Below are positions 20,951-30,643 of a stretch of DNA of 64,000 nt, one piece after another (within the stretch, counting starts at the first letter, position 1; each line of letters begins with the position of its first letter). The notes under the pieces are model-generated. The model saw only the letters and a program-made list of their open reading frames with translations. It searched no databases and had not been told where the DNA came from. Location: positions 448,001-512,000 of the forward strand of contig CBDDDZ010000005.1 in assembly GCA_965226795.1 (NCBI GenBank), read 5' to 3'. The position numbers and the translations under genes were made by a program. This DNA is from Candidatus Latescibacterota bacterium. Lineage in GTDB: Bacteria > Latescibacterota > UBA2968 > GCA-2709665.

Positions 20951-21988
20951 TTAGTCTACGTACGCCAGATTTTCCAGAATTGAGGCGTCCATGACACGGC
21001 TTGAAATGTCCACGTTAAAAAATTGTTCGATGGGAGCAAAGAGTTCCGGGTTGTTATCCTGCACGGTTCGTGCAATTTCAAGGACCTGCTTCAGACCACT
21101 CTGGTTCATCCTGCCCAGCGGCTGCCGGACCGGACCGGCCGGCATGCCAAGAATATTCATCAATGTCTTTACTGGAACGGGGTTACGGGCTTTGACCTGT
21201 GTCGTTCCGAAGGGAGTATCTTCTTCGGACAGAACGGTGACCATTCCAAAAAGGGGCTTGAGCGCGCCGGCCAGGCGATCGGCCTCAACCATATCGCCTT
21301 TGAGGATCGCTTGCGTGAAGCGCTGTATGGGGCCGGGGACCACGTTGGACATCACGGAGATAACGCCGGCCGCCCCGATTCGGGCGTCTGTCATCATGGC
21401 GTAGGTGATGTCGTCGTCACCGGAAAGAACGTAGAAATCGTCCCCGCAGACTTCACGCGTCCGCGCCATGTTTTCCCGGTCGCCGGTGGCTTCTTTGACG
21501 GCGTTGACGTTTCCGTAGTCCCGGTGCAGAATGGCCAGGTCTTCGGGGAGCAGTTTCGTTCCCGAGCGGCCCGGGATGACGTAGGAGACCATCTGAAGTT
21601 CCGGAAAGGCTTCCGCAACGGGCGCGACGTATTCCCGTCGAATCTCAAGTGAACTCGGGCCGTTGTAATAGGGATCTACCAGTAGCGCGGTATCTGCGCC
21701 GGCGTGCGCGGCATGCTCCGTGGCGCGCAGGGTCTCCTCTGTGGAACTTCCGCCGGTGCCGGCAATAGCGCGGCATTCCCCCCTGGCCAGGGCACAGACC
21801 CGTTCAGTGACGCTGTTGTGTTCTCCACTGTTGAGGGTTGGACTTTCGCCGGTCGTGCCCACTGCCAGGACACCGCTTACACCCTGTGAAATCTGGAAAC
21901 TGACCAGTTTTTCCAGACCGGGTTCGTCCACGCTTTTGTCGGGGTCCAGGGGTGTGATGAGGGCGGTGTAACATCCGCTGAATAACAT
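20951..21988 (-). CDS. dapA: 4-hydroxy-tetrahydrodipicolinate synthase
   Basis: TALITP, GTTGESPTL, PYYN, Y.IPGRSG, VKEATG, LSGDD, NPVPVK; downstream of a lysine riboswitch. Confidence 0.92.
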   Translation of the reverse strand: MLFSGCYTALITPLDPDKSVDEPGLEKLVSFQISQGVSGVLAVGTTGESPTLNSGEHNSVTERVCALARGECRAIAGTGGSSTEETLRATEHAAHAGADTALLVDPYYNGPSSLEIRREYVAPVAEAFPELQMVSYVIPGRSGTKLLPEDLAILHRDYGNVNAVKEATGDRENMARTREVCGDDFYVLSGDDDITYAMMTDARIGAAGVISVMSNVVPGPIQRFTQAILKGDMVEADRLAGALKPLFGMVTVLSEEDTPFGTTQVKARNPVPVKTLMNILGMPAGPVRQPLGRMNQSGLKQVLEIARTVQDNNPELFAPIEQFFNVDISSRVMDASILENLAYVD

Positions 21989-22042
21989 GGGGTCACCTCC
22001 AGGTTAAAATAGAGGGAACCGGATCGACCGTCAGCGTGAAGC

Positions 22043-22090
22043 AAAAAAAACAGCCGGTTCCCGAGTGGGGTGGAGGCAAGGCCGGCCGTG
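22043..22090 (-). terminator. Expression-platform terminator of the lysine riboswitch
   Basis: Minus strand CGGCCGG...CCGGCTG followed by T8. Confidence 0.7.
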
Positions 22091-22110
22091 CAAGTTCCAG
22101 CATGGATGGC

Positions 22111-22288
22111 GCAAGAGAGCACTCCACGGAGAATTCCGTGACAGTCCAGCGGATCTTATCCGAGTGGACCAGCCCCTTTCTGCGACAGAGCAGATTCGGG
22201 ACTTCGGCAGGTTTTCCCTTTCGCCGATGCGTTTGCAACGCCTGGTTATCACCGGGTACTCTTGAAAACCTGCGCCTCTACCCTTGCC
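22111..22288 (-). promoter_or_regulatory. Lysine riboswitch (L-box)
   Basis: Minus strand GTAGAGGCGC..AAGAGTA..GAAAGGG..GCCGAAG..GGGCTGG..ACTGTC..GGAGTGCT; P1 GCAAG/CTTGC; directly upstream of dapA. Confidence 0.9.
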
Positions 22289-22303
22289 TTTCGGAAGGCC
22301 AGC

Positions 22304-22332
22304 AAATTAGCCAATAGGTTGGCCTGTGTCAA
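22304..22332 (-). promoter_or_regulatory. Sigma-70-like promoter of the lysine riboswitch/dapA operon
   Basis: TTGACA-N17-TAATTT on the minus strand. Confidence 0.7.
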
Positions 22333-22522
22333 GTGGAAAGATGGAACGAGGGATCTCGACACGGCAGGCCGTGGGAGATGAGGACGCTTTGAAGTTGGGA
22401 AATTTGCAATTTGACGCCATGTTTTGCTTTTGTTTTCGCACTCCGTAACCTATATTCCGTTTTTTGCCAATCTGTCGGACGGAGCCGGGCTTCTCGCCGG
22501 ACCTTTCCATGGAAGAGTGACT

Positions 22523-23761
22523 ATGCATTCATTTGAACCGCAGCGACATACCCTGAAGAATGGGATTGAAGTCGTTGTCGAGCCCATGCCCGGCGCCCAA
22601 TCGGTTGTGGTTGCGTTCCGGTTCGGCTTCGGGACCAAAGACGACCCTGCCGATCGGCTGGGATTGGCATGGGTTGCCGAAGAAACGCTCTTGAAGGGCA
22701 CGTCAACTCGCGACGCGCGCTCGATTTACGATGCGTTCGATTCCCTGGGCGTGCGGCGCGGCTCGGCCACGGCCGTCGAATTCACGGAGTTCCAGGCACA
22801 GCTTTTGCCGAGACACTTTCTGGACGGTTTGAAACTTTACGCCGAGGTGTACCGCAGCGCATCCTTTCCCGATGAGCACGTTGAAGTGGCGAAAATGCTC
22901 GCGCTCGAGGAACTGAAGCGTCTGGAAGACAATCCGACAAGTCAGGTTCTGTATATGACCTATCAGGCCGGGTTAGGGGATCCGATGGGCCGCAATCCGC
23001 TGGGAAAGGCAGCGACAGTTGCCGCGATCGTCCCGGCTGACGTGCGCGATTTCTGGCGGCGGTTCTGCAGCCCGCAACGCCTTCTGATCTCGGTGGCCGG
23101 CGGCTTGAGGACGGAAGAGATGTTCCGGGCAGTGGACGAGGCGTTCGGCACCTGGGAAAGATCCGGGCTACCGCCGGAAGATCCACACCCGATATCCGTG
23201 GCGGACCGGGCGGTGCACCATCCCAAACAGTCCGAGCAGGCCCACATCGGGCTTCTTTTTGGCGCCGCGCCCCGGGCCAGCGCATTCTACTATCCGGCCC
23301 AACTCGCTGTGGCCGTACTCTCCGGCAGCGGGTCCAGCCGTCTTTTTACCGAGGTGCGGGAGAAGCGGGGGTTGGCGTACAGTGTCTCGGCCTTTTATCG
23401 GGCGCGTCGCGGCGGCGGTCTAATCGCACTGTATGCCGGCACGACGGCCGACAGGGCGGACGAGACCCTTCAGGTCTGCATGCGGGAGGTACGGCGGATT
23501 GCGGAAGACCTCACGCAGGCCGAACTCGACCGGGCAAAGACTGTCCTGAAGGGCCAGTTGTTCACAACAGGCGATTTGCCGGAAGGTCGCGTGGGCAGCA
23601 TGATGGATGGGTTGTTTCTGGACGGGCATCCGCGTTCGATTCAGCAGATCGCCCGAGGGATTGACAGTGTGAAATTGGGGCAGGTGCCAGCCTATCTCGA
23701 GGCGTTTCCACCCTCGCCGGCCACGCTCGTGACCCTTGGGCCCAGGGCCCTGGACATATAG
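22523..23761 (+). CDS. M16B peptidase, non-catalytic subunit
   Basis: LKNGI, GLA-WVAEE replaces HxxEH, SSRLFTEVREKRGLAYSV. Confidence 0.85.
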   Translation: MHSFEPQRHTLKNGIEVVVEPMPGAQSVVVAFRFGFGTKDDPADRLGLAWVAEETLLKGTSTRDARSIYDAFDSLGVRRGSATAVEFTEFQAQLLPRHFLDGLKLYAEVYRSASFPDEHVEVAKMLALEELKRLEDNPTSQVLYMTYQAGLGDPMGRNPLGKAATVAAIVPADVRDFWRRFCSPQRLLISVAGGLRTEEMFRAVDEAFGTWERSGLPPEDPHPISVADRAVHHPKQSEQAHIGLLFGAAPRASAFYYPAQLAVAVLSGSGSSRLFTEVREKRGLAYSVSAFYRARRGGGLIALYAGTTADRADETLQVCMREVRRIAEDLTQAELDRAKTVLKGQLFTTGDLPEGRVGSMMDGLFLDGHPRSIQQIARGIDSVKLGQVPAYLEAFPPSPATLVTLGPRALDI

Positions 23762-23792
23762 GATCAACAGCGCAGATAACCGGGAGATTTCC

Positions 23793-25025
23793 ATGCAGCC
23801 ACCGTTCTCCACCCATACGCTCGATAACGGTCTTAAGCTCGTATTTGAGTCGATTCCCAGAATCAACTCGGCGGCTCTCGGATTCTTTGTACATACAGGT
23901 TCGCGCGACGAGCCCGCGGAACTGGCCGGGGTGTCGCATTTCCTGGAGCACATGTGTTTCAAGGGCACGGCGAACCGGGATTGGCGCCAGTTGAGCCTCG
24001 ACGTGGACGATCTGGGCGCGATGTGGAATGCGTATACCTGGTGGGAGGGTACGGCCTATTTTCACTGGGTGCAGAGCGAACGGGCGGCGAGTTCTGCGGA
24101 GATTCTGGCCGACATGATGCGATCGACACTGCCGGAAGACCAGTTCGACATGGAGAAGAAAGTGATCCTTGAAGAGATCGCAATGTATCGTGACCGCCCC
24201 GATGCGCTGATTATCGACGAACTGATCCAGGAAGCGTACGCGGGGCATCCGCTCGGACAGAGCGTGCTGGGCACCGAGGACACGGTCGGGTCAATCTCCC
24301 GGGAGCAGATGACGGACTATTTCCAGAAACGATATGCGCCGGATAATATGACGTTGGTGATTACCGGAAGATTCGATCGCGACGAAATGATTCGCGTGGC
24401 TGAAGCGCATTGCGGCGGCTGGAAGCCAGGGGAGGCAATTCGGGAGCAGGTGGAGCCGACATTCCGGCCATCCAGTCGCGTGCTGGAGCGCCCGAATGTG
24501 ATTCGGGAGCATATCGCCATGGCATATCCCGCTCCATGCGACTCGAATGAATGGGCGACGACTGCCGATCTGCTTGCCCGTTATCTGGGCGCGGCCAGCA
24601 ATAGCCGTCTGTTCTGGTCGGTTATTCAGATGGGGCTGGCTGACGAAGCGTCGGCGGATTTCTGCGGATTCAGCGATACCGGTCTGTTTTACGTATATGT
24701 TTCCGTGGATCCGGAGAATGTATCGCGGGTGCTGGAGATTGTGCGACGAGAGATGGATGAACTGATGCGTGGAGTGGATGGAGACGCGCTTGCCCGGGCG
24801 AGGACCAAGCATGCGACGGCCCTGGTGACAGGCGGTGAGCACGGGCTCCGGCGTTTTTCACAGATCGTGGGAAGTCTGAGTACCGATACGCCGCTGAAAA
24901 CGCTGAAAGAAGAGTTGGCCGAGATCGACGCCGTGACTCCCGAACGGATCGCCGAATATCTGGAGCGTTTTCCTCTTGATAGTGAACCGGCGGTGGTCGC
25001 ACTCGGGCCGTTGACGTCCATTTAA
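23793..25025 (+). CDS. M16B peptidase, catalytic subunit
   Basis: GSRDE, GVSHFLEHMCFKG (HxxEH), NAYT, EKKVILEE. Confidence 0.9.
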   Translation: MQPPFSTHTLDNGLKLVFESIPRINSAALGFFVHTGSRDEPAELAGVSHFLEHMCFKGTANRDWRQLSLDVDDLGAMWNAYTWWEGTAYFHWVQSERAASSAEILADMMRSTLPEDQFDMEKKVILEEIAMYRDRPDALIIDELIQEAYAGHPLGQSVLGTEDTVGSISREQMTDYFQKRYAPDNMTLVITGRFDRDEMIRVAEAHCGGWKPGEAIREQVEPTFRPSSRVLERPNVIREHIAMAYPAPCDSNEWATTADLLARYLGAASNSRLFWSVIQMGLADEASADFCGFSDTGLFYVYVSVDPENVSRVLEIVRREMDELMRGVDGDALARARTKHATALVTGGEHGLRRFSQIVGSLSTDTPLKTLKEELAEIDAVTPERIAEYLERFPLDSEPAVVALGPLTSI

Positions 25026-25234
25026 ACGGTGCGTCCGTATCGATCACCGAGAATACCGCCAGATATGTCAACCCTTCGAAGTACGTGAGGGCTTCGGCCT
25101 ATTAAATGGCCTGGTCGCGGGAAAGCGTTATGGATCGGGTTTCAATGGGGGACATTGAAAGGGGCCCCTGGGGTTTCTCGCTGCTTAATGGAGAAGGCGT
25201 TTCCGGCGACGTCGTCTCATTCAGGTCCGTCCGT

Positions 25235-26461
25235 TCACGCGTAGCCGGCGAGCACTTCGTCGATGGACCGTGAGGAGACGAAAAAGGAGATGACGCGCAG
25301 CAGCACCGCATCGACAATGGCGTCGGGGCACGAGGCGCCGGATGTCAACGCCACGGTAACGGGGCGTTTGTCCGGCAGCCAGTCCGTTGCAACGGCGATT
25401 TTTTTTGTTTGCAGATCGAAATGGCGGATAACGGATTCCGAGCGGATCTCATCCGCGTCTTTGATAAAATAGGTGGGCATCTGTTTGAGGCAGAGTTCCA
25501 CGATGTGGGACGTGTTGGAGGAGTTGTAACCGCCGACGACCAGGGCCACGTCCGCGTTCTGCTCGACAAGGGCATACGTTGCGTTCTGGTTTTCATTGGT
25601 TGCGTAGCAGAGGGTATCCGAGGTGTCGGCGTAGTGATTCTGTAAGTTTTCGTCCCCGTAACGGTCCGCCAGGGCTTCGCGCAAGACTTTCGCGACGTGC
25701 CGTGTTTCGGTGGCCAGCATGGTTGTCTGATTGACGATTCCGATGCGTTGAAGGTGGCGGTCCGGGTCGAAGCCTTCCGAGCACTTTTGTCCAAAGTGTT
25801 CTAAAAAAATGTCGCGGTCTGCCATTCCCCGGATGACGTCGGCAAGAATGTGCGCCTCGTTCAGGTCCATTACCACAACCGTGGGCGCGTTTCGGATGCT
25901 GTGGGAGAAGGTGGCGCGGGTTTCCTGGTGGGTGTCGTTTCCGTGCACGACCACGGAGAATCCCGAATCACCCAGTTTGGCGCTCCGGTTCCAGACCCGT
26001 TCCACAAACGGGCACGTCGTATTGTACGTGTAGGCGTCAATGCCACGGGAAGCAAGGGCTTCCTGAATTTCCAGTGTGGTACCGAAAGCGGGTACAACAA
26101 CGATATCTTCCGGTTCAAGGTGATACCATGGGATGAGCTGAATTCCGCACGGGTCGAATATGAATCGTACGCCCCTGTCTTTCAGGTCGTTGTTGACGTT
26201 CGGGTTGTGGATCATTTCGTTGAGGAAAAAGATGCGTTGATCCGGGTGTGATTCCAGAGTCCTGTAAGCGATTTCGATGGCGTTTTCCACGCCGAAACAG
26301 AACCCGAAATGCCGTGCCAGCAGAAAGCGAACCGGACCAAAGTCGAGCACTGAAGGCGAGAGATCCCGTTTGCGCATATCCTGCATCTGCCTGAACGCCT
26401 TCACCCGTGAGATAACGGGACTCTTGTAGAAGTCAGGTATGTTGAATTGACGTGCCATCAT
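25235..26461 (-). CDS. ispH: 4-hydroxy-3-methylbut-2-enyl diphosphate reductase
   Basis: FGFCFGVENA, IHNP, TTCPFV, NQTT, DTLCYAT, GGYNSSNT, TSGASCPD. Confidence 0.93.
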   Translation of the reverse strand: MMARQFNIPDFYKSPVISRVKAFRQMQDMRKRDLSPSVLDFGPVRFLLARHFGFCFGVENAIEIAYRTLESHPDQRIFFLNEMIHNPNVNNDLKDRGVRFIFDPCGIQLIPWYHLEPEDIVVVPAFGTTLEIQEALASRGIDAYTYNTTCPFVERVWNRSAKLGDSGFSVVVHGNDTHQETRATFSHSIRNAPTVVVMDLNEAHILADVIRGMADRDIFLEHFGQKCSEGFDPDRHLQRIGIVNQTTMLATETRHVAKVLREALADRYGDENLQNHYADTSDTLCYATNENQNATYALVEQNADVALVVGGYNSSNTSHIVELCLKQMPTYFIKDADEIRSESVIRHFDLQTKKIAVATDWLPDKRPVTVALTSGASCPDAIVDAVLLRVISFFVSSRSIDEVLAGYA

Positions 26462-26527
26462 TCGACTCGTATCGGTGATTGCTGACAAACGGGATTGAAA
26501 AAACCCGGGCGCTCGCACGGGGGTACG

Positions 26528-27043
26528 CTATTTGCCGGTGCTGCCGAATCCGCCCCGGTCTGGTGCGTCGAGGCGTTCTGGTTCCTCCCATTCGGCCTGG
26601 ACGATGCGGACGAAGATGCCCTGTGCGAGCCGATCACGGCGCCGGACACTCACCGGACGGTCCGTAAAGTTGTAGACCTGGATGTGGATCTCATCGTTGG
26701 GACCCCGGTAATCCTGATCGACAATGCCGACGCCATTCGGTAACATCAAGCCTTTCTTGTACGGCAGGCTGCTGCGGGCGGCGAGCAGGAGCATATACCC
26801 GGGGGGCACTTCAACGATGAGATTGGCTGGAATAAGACAAATTTCACCCGGCGGAACGAGAACGTCGTTCCGGCAGAGCAGATCGAATCCGACCGAGCCC
26901 GGTGTCTGATGGCGCGGTAGAGGGAGCGACGGGTCCACTCTTCTGATTTGGATTTTCTTTACGGGCTCGCCCAGCGTCGCGCTTCCTTTCGGGGCAGGTT
27001 TGTCGATGACGACAATGTTAACCATCGGGTTGCCGGCTGTCAA
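26528..27043 (-). CDS. dut: dUTP diphosphatase (start may be ATG 27025)
   Basis: GFDL, RSSL, GIVDQDYRG, RLAQ, RGGFGSTG. Confidence 0.93.
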   Translation of the reverse strand: MTAGNPMVNIVVIDKPAPKGSATLGEPVKKIQIRRVDPSLPLPRHQTPGSVGFDLLCRNDVLVPPGEICLIPANLIVEVPPGYMLLLAARSSLPYKKGLMLPNGVGIVDQDYRGPNDEIHIQVYNFTDRPVSVRRRDRLAQGIFVRIVQAEWEEPERLDAPDRGGFGSTGK

Positions 27044-27331
27044 CAGTTTTCCTGGAATCGGTGCGGGCAGACGTCGATACGGACTGCCGTTATGGCTTGA
27101 CTTTACCGTGACCCGTTGTAATCATATATGGCGTCCACGCACATTGTGGCAGATCATACTGTCGGCAGCACGATGGCGGTCTGACGGAAAAAGGGGAGCA
27201 TCCGTGCGGCGGCAGCATGATCGGTGTTCTCGGCCGGGCTTCGGTTTAGGAAACCAGTAAGGATCTCTTGACCATTTGCCGACCGATTTGAGTCCAGGGT
27301 CGGAATAACCAGACAATGGGCAAAAAAAGGG

Positions 27332-29287
27332 ATGAAATTAACTTACGAGCAATGGAAGCGGTATTTGCTGCCACTTCCGCACGAGATCACATTTGAGGGT
27401 GACGTTGAATGCCGTCCCGAAGGGGTATCGGTTGTGGTGAGGCCCGGTGCGGGCGCGATCGAAAAACATGCGGCAGCGATGTTGGAACGTCTGTGCGCCA
27501 TGGCGGCAGGCGTCAAACCGGTTGGCGGCGCTTTTGAAATCGCGATCGGGGTGGTGAATAGCGGGCCGGATGCTGAACGGCTGCGGAGGTTGCCGAATCG
27601 CGAACAGGCATATACGATCCGGCGGGAGGGGCGTGAGCGCCTGGTGCTGGCCGCGGTGTCCGAACCGGGAATTTCGTATGCGGCCCAGACACTTCGCCAA
27701 CTCCTGGAGCCGATGCGGGCACCCGACAGCATCCGCATTCCGCTCGTTTCGGTGACCGATTGGCCGGATCTGAACGAACGCGGCATGTGGAACTTTCCAC
27801 AGCCCGAGGAATGGATCCCGTGGATGGCGTCGATGAAATTGAACTACGGCAAAATGGACTCCACGGAACTGTCGACCGTGGTGCGAGGAAAACCGAACAC
27901 CGCCCGTATCGATACGGCGCTTATGGAAGAGGCGCGTCTCCTCGGATTTCATTATGTACCACTCATAACCCATTTGAATTTTCTGCATGACCGCGGCCTG
28001 TATCGCGCTTATCCCGAGTTGGCGGGCAAAGGCGACGGCGCGCTGGCAGGGCGATATTTCGCCCACAAGCAAGGCAACCGGCATCGGGCGCCGTGCGCGT
28101 CTAATCCCCTGCTGGTGGAAATTCTGGCAGAGTGGATGGCGGACATCGCGTCCCAGGGCGCACCGGAGGTGGGCTGCTGGTTGAGCGAGCGGCCCGCTCA
28201 GTGCGAATGCGACGATTGCACGGCCCAGGGGCAGTTTGTGCTCGAAGCCCGGGCGTTTGTCAAAGCCTGGAAACGGATTCGCCCGCGTTATCCCGGTTTC
28301 AACATTCGCATGTTTCTGTCAACCACGACGCCGGAGCGGGATTACCGCGTCGTAGCGGCGTTGCCGCCTGAAGTGAAGATCGAGCGCGCATGCGCCACCG
28401 AAATGGAGCGCGTGATGAACCTGCCCAGAGATCTGACGGCCAACCCGCTTCTGGATTACCATGCTTCGCAGGGTCGATGGATCGCCAGCTACGACGTGCC
28501 GATCAACGCGAATGGAAATGTGGAAACCCCCGAGTTCAAGGTACCGCAGTCGTCGGTTCATCGGATCCGGGACTATGTGGGCCAGTTGATTCGACGGCAA
28601 TACAGCGGAGCCTACGGAATGATGGCGTGGGCGTCCAAGGGCACGGAGACGTGCGGGTTCAATGTCGCGGCCCTGGCGGAGTATTCGTGGAACCTGAACG
28701 GACGCAGTGAAAAGGAGTTCGCCATCGCGTGGGCCACGCGGGAAGGCAATGCCGACGTCGAGGCGTTCGGCGAATGGTCGGAACGAATAGGCCCCGTGGC
28801 GTTTGACGTTTACGATTCGGATTTTCCGATCTGTTATTCCTGGGGAAAGGCCGTCGAGATGATTCGGCGGAAACAGCGCCCCTTTCTCGGCGAAGGCATG
28901 TTCCGGTATTATGAACGTGTAGAAGCTTTTGAGCAAAAGTTGGACACGTGCCGCCGGGCAATACAGATTGCGTCTGAATTCGAGCGCCCGGATTGTGTCA
29001 ATGAGACCCGCGTCGTTATGACCTACGTGGAACTCGCCCGTTGCGTCTTTCACGTCGCGGAGCAGGTGGCGACGCGAAACCTGGCCGACTCCAACGTTCA
29101 GACACAGCTTCATGCGGCGCTTGAATCGCTTAAGAAAGCCGGCGGGGCCAACGTGGCCGCGATCCGGAACTGGCGGGCGGCACTGGGGCCGGAGCCATGG
29201 CATTGTCGGGTTCACGATGCGATTCGAGGCACGGAGATGACCGTCTCCGAGATTGCGCGGTTCCTGCGTGAGCGGTACTTCCATTAG
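27332..29287 (+). CDS. Hypothetical protein with GH20-type N-terminal (zincin-like) domain
   Basis: LLPLP, EQAYTI, G..YAAQTLRQL, V.DWPDL.ERG; later PCASNP and CECDDC. Confidence 0.65.
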   Translation: MKLTYEQWKRYLLPLPHEITFEGDVECRPEGVSVVVRPGAGAIEKHAAAMLERLCAMAAGVKPVGGAFEIAIGVVNSGPDAERLRRLPNREQAYTIRREGRERLVLAAVSEPGISYAAQTLRQLLEPMRAPDSIRIPLVSVTDWPDLNERGMWNFPQPEEWIPWMASMKLNYGKMDSTELSTVVRGKPNTARIDTALMEEARLLGFHYVPLITHLNFLHDRGLYRAYPELAGKGDGALAGRYFAHKQGNRHRAPCASNPLLVEILAEWMADIASQGAPEVGCWLSERPAQCECDDCTAQGQFVLEARAFVKAWKRIRPRYPGFNIRMFLSTTTPERDYRVVAALPPEVKIERACATEMERVMNLPRDLTANPLLDYHASQGRWIASYDVPINANGNVETPEFKVPQSSVHRIRDYVGQLIRRQYSGAYGMMAWASKGTETCGFNVAALAEYSWNLNGRSEKEFAIAWATREGNADVEAFGEWSERIGPVAFDVYDSDFPICYSWGKAVEMIRRKQRPFLGEGMFRYYERVEAFEQKLDTCRRAIQIASEFERPDCVNETRVVMTYVELARCVFHVAEQVATRNLADSNVQTQLHAALESLKKAGGANVAAIRNWRAALGPEPWHCRVHDAIRGTEMTVSEIARFLRERYFH

Positions 29288-29366
29288 TTATTATGCCCTT
29301 CGGAACCCAATCGTCTTTTGCTTTGTCTGACCTTTTCCGTCTCGCGATTTGCAGCCATCAGGATCA

Positions 29367-29456
29367 GGTGAGAAGGTAGACGTAAGAGGACCACACCCCA
29401 CTCTAACAGTCTTTCGCGCTTTGCCCTTTCTAACGTCTTACGTCTCGCGTCTTACC
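29367..29456. repeat. Inverted heptamer-based REP-like element
   Basis: GTGAGAAGGTAGACGTAAGA ... TCTTACGTCTCGCGTCTTAC. Confidence 0.5.
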
Positions 29457-29542
29457 CTGGGATGGGTCGGACGGGCGGGGTCACCGCTGACAGCTTGCTT
29501 TCAGACCAGACAGACGCAAACAACATCTTTCGGAGAAGGTCG

Positions 29543-30598
29543 ATGCCGATCTTGTCACATCTGAACCTCAGACAGTGTGGATATGCGATCTTCGAGGCCG
29601 CCGGGCTGCCCGAAGATCAGGCGCGAATCGTAACGGATCATCTGGTGGATGCGAATCTGGCGGGCCACGACTCCCACGGGATCCTCCGGATGCCTGGCTA
29701 TGCGCGCGGGGTGAAGGCGGGTGGAATCAAGCCCGCAGGAGGCCACAAAGTGGTTCGGGAGACGCCTGTTTCGATGACCATTGACGCCGACGGAGGGATC
29801 GGAATCGTGGTAGCCAATCTGGCCATGAGTATGGCGGCGGACCGAGCCCTTCAACACACGATCGGGGCGGTTGCGGTCCATCGGTCTGGCCATATCGGCC
29901 GTCTCGGCGATTTCCCCGCCATCGCGGCAGAGCAAGACTGTATCGGCATATTGATGTTGAACGGGGGAGGGCGGTTCGCGGCGCCGTTTGGCGGCACCGG
30001 CCGGCGGCTGCCGCCCAATCCGATTGCGATTGGCGTACCCACGGCAGACGGGCCGCCGATGACGCTGGATATAACGACAAGCGTCGTGGCCGGCGGCAAG
30101 GTCGACATCTGCCGCGTGCGGAAACAGTCCGTGCCGGAAGGCTGGCTGGTGGATCCACACGGAAATACGGTGACCGATCCGGAGGTATTCTACGCGGGCG
30201 ATGCGGCCATGTTGCCGCTCGGCGGGCCCGCCGGCCACAAGGGATACGGCCTGTCGATGATGATCGACGCTATTGCGGGCGGTCTTTCCTGGGCCGGGTG
30301 CAGTACGGAGGCGCCCACCCGGGGTGGGAGCGGGTTTTTGGCATTGGCAATAAAAATCGAGAGTTTCACCGACGTGGACGAGTTTAAGTCGGAGGTGCGT
30401 AACCTTATCGATTGGGTGAAGTCGTCGCCGACGATGCCGGGTGTGGACAAGGTCTACGTACCGGGTGAAATCGAGATGGAGACCCGCAGGAAGCGGGTGT
30501 CGGAGGGGGTGTTCGTGGAGGAGGCGACTTGGTCGGAAATCTGTTCCGTGGCCGAAGAACTGGGTGTGCCCGTGTCGGAAAACGGAACCATCACGTAA
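29543..30598 (+). CDS. Ldh_2 (malate/lactate/ureidoglycolate dehydrogenase) family oxidoreductase
   Basis: ANLAGHDSHG, HIGRLG, NPIAIG, LD.TTS, PLGG..GHKGYGL, PGE. Confidence 0.9.
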   Translation: MPILSHLNLRQCGYAIFEAAGLPEDQARIVTDHLVDANLAGHDSHGILRMPGYARGVKAGGIKPAGGHKVVRETPVSMTIDADGGIGIVVANLAMSMAADRALQHTIGAVAVHRSGHIGRLGDFPAIAAEQDCIGILMLNGGGRFAAPFGGTGRRLPPNPIAIGVPTADGPPMTLDITTSVVAGGKVDICRVRKQSVPEGWLVDPHGNTVTDPEVFYAGDAAMLPLGGPAGHKGYGLSMMIDAIAGGLSWAGCSTEAPTRGGSGFLALAIKIESFTDVDEFKSEVRNLIDWVKSSPTMPGVDKVYVPGEIEMETRRKRVSEGVFVEEATWSEICSVAEELGVPVSENGTIT

Positions 30599-30643
30599 TG
30601 CTTGAAACGTCCTCAGATTCCAATTTTACGATGGAGAATCAGA

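Noticed and set aside
22523..25025. Inactive first M16 gene as a pseudogene or novelty
   Set aside because: Catalytic plus non-catalytic M16B heterodimer pairs are well established, and both frames are intact.
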